Source: Gemmatimonadota bacterium (GTDB taxonomy: Bacteria > Gemmatimonadota > Gemmatimonadetes > Gemmatimonadales > GWC2-71-9). From it: a stretch of DNA of 16,177 bases. The notes beneath the pieces were generated by a model. The model searched no databases. It was given only the letters and a program-made list of their open reading frames with translations, and was not told the origin of the DNA. How positions within the stretch are numbered: position 1 is the stretch's first letter; every line of letters begins with the position of its first letter. Location: NCBI GenBank assembly GCA_036679605.1, contig JAZDCZ010000293.1, forward strand, positions 1-16,177, read 5' to 3'. The position numbers were made by a program, and so were the translations under genes. Below, piece by piece: positions 6,721 through 16,177 of the stretch.

Positions 6721-8203
6721 TTGGCACATTCGTAACAATCCGGTTTTGATCTGCTCGGTCACCGTGGCGACGCTTGTTTTCGCGGTGCATGGGTGCGCGA
6801 TATATCGGGACGGGGCGAGCGAAGTCTCTACATACATCAGCCAACGGGTGGAGGAGGACGTAGCAGGGGCCTACGCCCGGACACCGCAAGTACAGTCCGG
6901 GGAGACAGCGCCGGAAGATTCAGCGTCTGATGATGCTTCCATCGAACCGCAAGCGCACCAGCGCCTGCGCGATTTCATCGTGCTTGCGCTCGATCGCAAT
7001 CCAGATATCAAAGCCTCCGAAGAAACTGCTCGCTCGAAGGTAGAGCGGATCCGCCAGGTCACGGCACTGCCCGACCCGTTCTTGAACATGAAGATTCTGC
7101 CGGAGCCGGTCCGGACGGCCGAGGGGGACAACTTCTTCATCATGGGTGTGTCCCAGAAGCTACCCGTTCCGGAGAAGCTCGACCGTGCCGGTCGCGTGGC
7201 CCTTGAAGAGACACGAATCGCCCTGCAGCAACTGCAGGCCACACGGCTGCGCGTCATCGCCGATGTCAAACGAGCCTATTTCCAACTCTACGTCGTTGAT
7301 CGCAGTATTGATGTTACGCAGGCCAATAAGGATCTTATGCACGGTCTCATCGACGTTGCCCGCTCCCAGGTCGCCGTCGGTCGCCGTAGCCAGGACGATG
7401 TTTTACGGGCTTTGGTGGAGCTTTCCAACCTCGAAGCCGAGCTCATCACTTTGCGACAACGGCGCGCCACTATCGTCGCCCGTTTGAACGAGGTTCTTGA
7501 CCGCCAGCCGCAAACCGAGATCGATACCCCAGACGAATTCGGCATCCGGGATGCTGATCTCGCCATCGACGATCTGATGGTAAAAGCTGCCGACGCTAAC
7601 CCGGACCTGAAGCGGTTCAAACATCAGATCGAGCGCGACCGAGAGTCATTGGAACTTGCCAAGCTCGCTTACTGGCCTGATTTCGCGCTGGGATTCGAGT
7701 GGATCAAGATGGAGTCTCGGGATGCGTTCCGTCCAACGCCTAATCCAAATACCGGTGTACGGCCTATTGGGTCACGCATGAGCCAGGACGGTAGCGACAA
7801 CTGGGCGATCACGTTTGGCTTCAGCCTGCCGATCTGGTATGGCAAAATCAAGGGCGGAATCGAAGAAGCCTCACGGCGACTTGCTTCTTCGCGTGCACAA
7901 TACAGATCCACGGCGAATCGCGTTGAGTTTGCCGTGGAGGATGCCTTGGAACGAGTCGGGTCTCAACAGGAGCTTGCTCGGCTATTTCGAGACACAATCA
8001 TTCCGCAAGCCGAGCAGACTTATCACGTATCGCAGGCCTCGTACACGGCGGGGACGAGTGACTTCCTGTACGTCATCGACAACTGGCGCAAGTGGCTGGT
8101 CTTCACGATCCAGTACTATCGCTCGATGGGCGACCTTGAACGAAGCGTCGCCGATCTGGAGCAGGCACTCGGCCTGAGCCTTACCGAAGTGGGAGGACCA
8201 TAA
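6713..8203 (+). CDS. TolC-family outer-membrane efflux channel (CusC/CzcC-like), probable lipoprotein
   Basis: GGGGAGG RBS and a hydrophobic leader with VHGC. Two OEP-like repeats (ALDRNPDIKA..LPDP..SQKLP..VKRAYFQL and ANPDL..YWPDF..FSLPIW..SYTAG..DFLYVID). First gene of the C-B-A order. Confidence 0.9.
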   Translation: MDNWHIRNNPVLICSVTVATLVFAVHGCAIYRDGASEVSTYISQRVEEDVAGAYARTPQVQSGETAPEDSASDDASIEPQAHQRLRDFIVLALDRNPDIKASEETARSKVERIRQVTALPDPFLNMKILPEPVRTAEGDNFFIMGVSQKLPVPEKLDRAGRVALEETRIALQQLQATRLRVIADVKRAYFQLYVVDRSIDVTQANKDLMHGLIDVARSQVAVGRRSQDDVLRALVELSNLEAELITLRQRRATIVARLNEVLDRQPQTEIDTPDEFGIRDADLAIDDLMVKAADANPDLKRFKHQIERDRESLELAKLAYWPDFALGFEWIKMESRDAFRPTPNPNTGVRPIGSRMSQDGSDNWAITFGFSLPIWYGKIKGGIEEASRRLASSRAQYRSTANRVEFAVEDALERVGSQQELARLFRDTIIPQAEQTYHVSQASYTAGTSDFLYVIDNWRKWLVFTIQYYRSMGDLERSVADLEQALGLSLTEVGGP

Positions 8204-11154
8204 TGGGCAAGACTTGGAATAGAGAATTCATCATGATAAGAGCCAAGAGCAGTGATCGAAAAGACAGGTTCGCTGTTCACTTCTCACCGCCTGACGTTCA
8301 GCATACGTCGGCCCGTCGAAGTGGGCGTGCGTCCGTAACTCTTTTGATCGCTACTGTTACGTTGGTGGCGGGCGTCGTAGGCGGATACACGCTCTCGCAG
8401 CGTACCGGCACCGGGTCTTCGATGAATATGGAGATGGGGGGCGGTGCAGTCACGCCAACTGCAGACGGTGAGCAGTGGTACACCTGCGGCATGCACCCCA
8501 ACGTGATTCAAAAGGGTCCGGGTGACTGCCCCATCTGCCAGATGAAGCTCACTCCGCTCAAGAAAGACGACGATTCGGGCGGCGGTGCCGGCGCATCGAA
8601 GGAGCGGAAGGTGCTCTATTGGCGTGCTCCGATGGACCCGAATTACATTTCCCAAAAGCCCGGTAAGAGTCCCATGGGAATGGACCTCGTTCCTGTGTAC
8701 GCGGACAAGGAGGAATCGGGTTCCGCGCACACCATCCGCATCGATCCCGTCACCATCCAGAACATGGGCATCCGTACTGCAGTTGTGAAGCGCGGTCCGT
8801 TAATCAAAACCATACGAACCGTGGGACGCGTGGATTATGACGAGCAGCTTGTCAGGTTCGTTGACACCAAGTTTGAAGGCTGGATCGAAGAGTTGGATGT
8901 GGACGAGACCGGCCAGCATGTGGCCAAGGGGCAAAAGCTTTTCGGTGTGTATTCTCCCGAGTTGTACGCTGCGCAGCAGGAATACCTTTCCGCTGTGCAA
9001 AACCTGCCGCGTCTGAAGGCAAGCAACTTCGCGCCTGCACGTGAGGAGGCCGTTAAACTTGTTGAATCGGCCGTCACCAAGCTCAAATACTTCGACGTTT
9101 CTGATGAACAGATCGAAGCGATCCGAGAGTCAGGGACGATCGAGAAGACACTGACCATTCACTCACCGGCTGGCGGTATTGTCACAGAGAAGATGGCTTT
9201 GGAGGGCATGTATGTGAAGCCGGGCATGCGCTTGTTTACGATCGCCGATCTGTCGCGCGTCTGGGTTTACGTCGATATCTACGAGTACCAGCTTCCCTGG
9301 ATTCGGATGGGACAAAACGCCACAATGACTCTCCCTTATATTCCGGGTGAATCATTCGCCGGCAAAGTCGTCTACATATACCCCTACTTGGAGCAGCAGA
9401 CGCGCGTGATTAAGGTACGCCTTGAGTTCCAGAACCCCGACCTCCACCTTAAGCCGGGCATGTACGCCAACATCAGATTGGAGTCGGAGTTGCAGCGCGA
9501 CGCGATTCTCGTGCCCCGCGAGAGTTACATCGACTCAGGAATCCGACAAGTTGCATTTGTGGCTCTGGGCGACGGGAAATTCTCGCCGCGCGACATCCAA
9601 GTCGGTGTCGAAGCCGAAAACGGCATGGTGGAAGTGCTTTACGGGCTCGATGAAGGCGAGGTCGTCGTCACCAGCGGCCAGTTCATGCTCGACGGAGAAA
9701 GCAAGCTGAAAGAGGCCGTAGCCAAGATGATGGAGGTGGAGCGGGTCAAGACGACAAAACGCACGCCGGCGTCCGACGACCACATGGGGCACGACCACGG
9801 TGCCATGGCGATGGGCGATGCCATGATGATGCCGGAGGAAACGGCGTACGCTTGCTCGATGGAACACCATCCTGACGAGACCAACCCGGCGAATCAAGGC
9901 CCGTATTTCTCCAGCCAGCCGGGCTCATGCCCACGCTGCGGAATGAAGCTCAAACCGATTGACGGGTTTTCTTGGGCCGAGAAATATAAGCCCGGAGGTT
10001 CTGCGGCGGTCGCATCGACCGGTGATGGAATTCCGGCGGACGCAGCGTATGCGTGCCCGATGGACAAACATGCCGATGAGACGAAGGTCGGGGACCAAGG
10101 TCCTTACTTTTCCAACGTGCCCGGGAAGTGCCCGCGCTGCGGCATGAAGCTCACCCCGCTCGATGATCTCGATTGGGTGCGCGCGCGACGGGCAGCGGAG
10201 GGCGGCGATGTAGCGTACACCTGCCCGGACCACCAGCATGTCTTTTCCGAAACCAGCGGCGAGTGCCCGCGCTGTGGCAAAGCGCTCACGCCGTTCAAGG
10301 TGATGTACACCTGCCCCGATCCCGAGCACGCTTCAGCCATCAGCGCTACACCGGGCAATTGTCCGCATTGCGGGCGGGGTATGGCCGCATTTCGCGGTGT
10401 TTGGCTGGACGAACACATGGCCAGTGAAAATGTCCCGGAATTACCAGGTCTCGCGGAGGCTGCTACATACCGATGCGCCACTCATCCGCTCGTACATAGT
10501 GACAAGCCAGGGGCATGCACGATTTGCGGAACCGAACTCGAACCGACTTCCGCGGTTTCCGATGCAGTGTCCGTGGTGACAACGATAGCCGATAGCGCCG
10601 ACTATGTTTGCCCGATGCATCCGGATCAACAACGCTTTGAACATCCCGCCGTGTGCTCAATCTGCGGCATGCAGCTGGTCAAAGAATCGGCGCTGAATCG
10701 ACCGCAGGCTGCGCCTGGGCACGTCGCGGCGCAGATGGATTACATCATGGAGCACTACCTGGAATTGCAACGTCTTCTAGCGTCGGATCGAACCAAGGGC
10801 TTGACACTTCAAGCATTGGGGCTCGTCTCGGCATCGGAGGCGCTCGCCAAACATATGAGCGATCCGGGGATGAAACTCCCGCCCGTGGCGACGGAGGCCG
10901 CGAATCGATTGCATGATGCGGCGCTAAAGATCACCGGAAATCTCGACGCTGACCGAGTGACATTTGTCGAGCTGAGCGCGGCTGTCGCGGAACTCGTTGA
11001 GCATGCCAGACCGAACAGCACGCGGTGGCCGAAGCTGTATCTATACCACTGCCCGATGAGTAAGGGGGACTGGCTTCAACCCGCGGAAGGGAAGGCCAAC
11101 CCCTACTACGGATTCAAGATGCTGAACTGCGGCGAGCTGAAGGGAATCAAGTAG
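8203..11154 (+). CDS. cusB: CusB-like RND periplasmic adaptor, greatly extended with HMBD-like repeats and a DUF3347-like C-terminus
   Basis: TAATG overlap with the upstream gene and an N-terminal TM. Motifs YWRAPMDP..PGKSPMGMDLVP, GWIEEL..YSPEL, IADLSRVWV, LKPGMYA and VVTSGQFMLDGES. Six further Cys repeats, then the terminal YHCPM..WLQ..NPYYG..MLNCG. Confidence 0.9.
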   Translation: MGKTWNREFIMIRAKSSDRKDRFAVHFSPPDVQHTSARRSGRASVTLLIATVTLVAGVVGGYTLSQRTGTGSSMNMEMGGGAVTPTADGEQWYTCGMHPNVIQKGPGDCPICQMKLTPLKKDDDSGGGAGASKERKVLYWRAPMDPNYISQKPGKSPMGMDLVPVYADKEESGSAHTIRIDPVTIQNMGIRTAVVKRGPLIKTIRTVGRVDYDEQLVRFVDTKFEGWIEELDVDETGQHVAKGQKLFGVYSPELYAAQQEYLSAVQNLPRLKASNFAPAREEAVKLVESAVTKLKYFDVSDEQIEAIRESGTIEKTLTIHSPAGGIVTEKMALEGMYVKPGMRLFTIADLSRVWVYVDIYEYQLPWIRMGQNATMTLPYIPGESFAGKVVYIYPYLEQQTRVIKVRLEFQNPDLHLKPGMYANIRLESELQRDAILVPRESYIDSGIRQVAFVALGDGKFSPRDIQVGVEAENGMVEVLYGLDEGEVVVTSGQFMLDGESKLKEAVAKMMEVERVKTTKRTPASDDHMGHDHGAMAMGDAMMMPEETAYACSMEHHPDETNPANQGPYFSSQPGSCPRCGMKLKPIDGFSWAEKYKPGGSAAVASTGDGIPADAAYACPMDKHADETKVGDQGPYFSNVPGKCPRCGMKLTPLDDLDWVRARRAAEGGDVAYTCPDHQHVFSETSGECPRCGKALTPFKVMYTCPDPEHASAISATPGNCPHCGRGMAAFRGVWLDEHMASENVPELPGLAEAATYRCATHPLVHSDKPGACTICGTELEPTSAVSDAVSVVTTIADSADYVCPMHPDQQRFEHPAVCSICGMQLVKESALNRPQAAPGHVAAQMDYIMEHYLELQRLLASDRTKGLTLQALGLVSASEALAKHMSDPGMKLPPVATEAANRLHDAALKITGNLDADRVTFVELSAAVAELVEHARPNSTRWPKLYLYHCPMSKGDWLQPAEGKANPYYGFKMLNCGELKGIK
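9844..10164 (+). repeat. Diverged 120-bp intragenic duplication (9844-9963 and 10045-10164)
   Basis: AYACSMEHHPDETNPANQGPYFSSQPGSCPRCGMKLKPID aligns without gaps to AYACPMDKHADETKVGDQGPYFSNVPGKCPRCGMKLTPLD. Confidence 0.85.
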
Positions 11155-11217
11155 AACAACCGACGCCATCGCAGCCGCAGGTTGATCCCCCGGTGCGCGC
11201 CGTATAAGGAATGCAAA

Positions 11218-14777
<3,560 letters not shown>

Positions 14778-14781
<4 letters not shown>

Positions 14782-15152
14782 AGAATTCAGCGACGGTAGT
14801 AAAGCTCCTGACTCTCGCCATCACCAGTTCGGCGTTAGGCGTCCAAGGTTTTGTTGCTTCACCTCGACGCGGGCCTGGACCGGGCCAGGTTCAAACTGTC
14901 ATGGGTTGCCAGCGATGCCACGATTTCGCGCTCGCGTTTCAGCGGAATGTGGACAAACGCTGGCCTTGGGCACGTTCAAAGTTCGGTGCCACACACATGT
15001 GCGAGGGATGCTCATCACACATTGAGCTCTACACGCTCGATGGGAAGTCGATGATTCGCTGTCCAAACTGCGCCCCGGCCGGACAGGCATGTGACAAGTG
15101 TCGGTCGCCGGAGCCGCCGACCGAAGACGAACAAAGCACGAATGGGAAATGA
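14778..15152 (+). CDS. Small exported Cys-rich protein (four CxxC); start codon uncertain or possibly lost
   Basis: CQRCH, HMCEGC, CPNC and CDKC follow a signal-like hydrophobic stretch. The expected start position reads ATA (14778-14780), overlapping the cusA TAA. The ORF track extends it to ATG 14733 inside cusA. Confidence 0.55.
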
Positions 15153-15191
15153 TAATCGGCCGACATGGCCACTCGTTACAGAGGTGAGAAG

Positions 15192-15371
15192 ATGAAGAGC
15201 AAGAATCGAGTACTAACTTTGGTGGTCGCGAGCGTCGTGCTTGTCTTACAGACCGGATGTTTGACGCCGATCGATGTTCAGAGCATTGCGCAGGGTCAGT
15301 TGATCTCGTTTATCAACGCCCTGATTAACACCGGAACCAGCGACGCCATCCGCGGGGCGCTCGGCGGCTGA
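15192..15371 (+). CDS. Small putative lipoprotein (59 aa)
   Basis: GAGGTG RBS at 15181-15186. MKSKNR, a hydrophobic core and a lipobox-like QTGC, then a short amphipathic mature part. Confidence 0.65.
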   Translation: MKSKNRVLTLVVASVVLVLQTGCLTPIDVQSIAQGQLISFINALINTGTSDAIRGALGG

Positions 15372-15412
15372 ACGCAGCGGAGCGGGCATGCGGCTTACGA
15401 GCGAGGCCCGGC

Positions 15413-16177
15413 ATGAATGAAATGTTAGCCCCCGGCGTGGCTGGCAACATGCCCCCGAGATTGCGTGGGGCAGTCGTTGCGCTATTTGTAGTGGCCGTCA
15501 CCGGTGCGCACTGGTGGACGCCCCAAGGACAGGACTATCTTCACGCAATCCACATCCCCCTCCGGAAACTCTACATTCTTCCAGTGGTATTGGCGGCGAT
15601 ATGGTTCGACCTCCGCGCCGCATTGCTGACGGCAGGGGCGGTCACGCTTCTCTATACGCCCCATGTGATCTGGCAATGGGATGGCTAACGCGCGGAGAAC
15701 ATCAACCAAGCCGGCGAAATCGTGACGATCTGGGTGGCCGCCGCAATCGCCGGTATCTTCGTGGGTGCGGAGAAAGGAGCACTCTTGCGCCTCGCCGGCG
15801 CGTACGAGGGAACCGTGAAAGCGCTGGTTGCCGCTTTGGACATGCGTGAGCACGACACGGAACTCCACTCGCTACGGGTCCGAGCCTATACGCTGCGGCT
15901 TGCGGAGGAACTCGGAGTTAAAGCCGGAGACCGGCGGGTCTACGCGCTCGCGGCTCTGCTGCATGACATCGGAAAGATCGGCGTTCCCGATGCGATTCTT
16001 CTCAAGCAAGGCCCCCTAAATGAGAACGAGTGGGTGTGCATCCGAGAGCACCCGGCGATGGGACGGAGAATCCTTGAACCTGTTCGCTTTCTGAACGAGG
16101 CCAAGGAAATCGTCTACGCCCATCACGAGAAGTACGACGGAACCGGTTATCCCAGGGGCCTGGCCGGGACGGATATT
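15413..16177 (+). pseudogene. Membrane-anchored HD-GYP cyclic-dinucleotide phosphodiesterase interrupted by an in-frame TAA at 15686-15688; runs off the window
   Basis: The same frame continues after the TAA: RAENINQAGEIVTIWVAAAIAG..ALDMREHDTELHSLRV..ALLHDIGKIGVPDAILLKQGPL..HP..HHEKYDGTGYPRGL. The N-terminal part is a multi-TM domain with His residues. Confidence 0.88.

Noticed and set aside
14907..14921. CQRCH as a c-type haem site
   Set aside because: The three other CxxC pairs lack the following His, so a Zn/Cu-thiolate protein is more parsimonious. A haem site is not strictly excluded.
15686..15688. Programmed stop-codon recoding
   Set aside because: The codon is TAA, which ends several genes here and is not used for Sec or Pyl.

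Overview
The window has two parts joined at a probable integration site. The left part (1-2368) holds the C-terminal part of a RapA/SNF2-like helicase overlapping a stand-alone Hsp70/actin-fold ATPase gene with a CxxC..CxxC insert, a candidate island-borne (possibly defence) pair. The junction (2415-2905) contains a 20-bp copy of a tmRNA-like 3' end flanked on both sides by 11-bp-spaced direct repeats (att-like), followed by an IS4-family remnant. The right part (2961-16177, all + strand) is a copper/silver cluster with two transcription units, each preceded by the same ECF-type motif GGAAGAA-N14-GCATCTAA. Unit 1 encodes a secreted His-rich protein with two heavy-metal-binding (HMBD-like) domains, a Tat-exported Rieske protein and a fused cytochrome b6/subunit IV/di-haem c protein. 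Unit 2 encodes a TolC/CusC-like channel, a 983-aa CusB-like adaptor with about 8 HMBD-like repeats, and CusA with a Cys/His insert. After cusA come two small exported proteins and an HD-GYP gene broken by an in-frame TAA. The main hypothesis is a co-regulated quinol-driven redox module coupled to Cu(I)/Ag(I) RND efflux. All family calls come from motif recognition; no searches were run.
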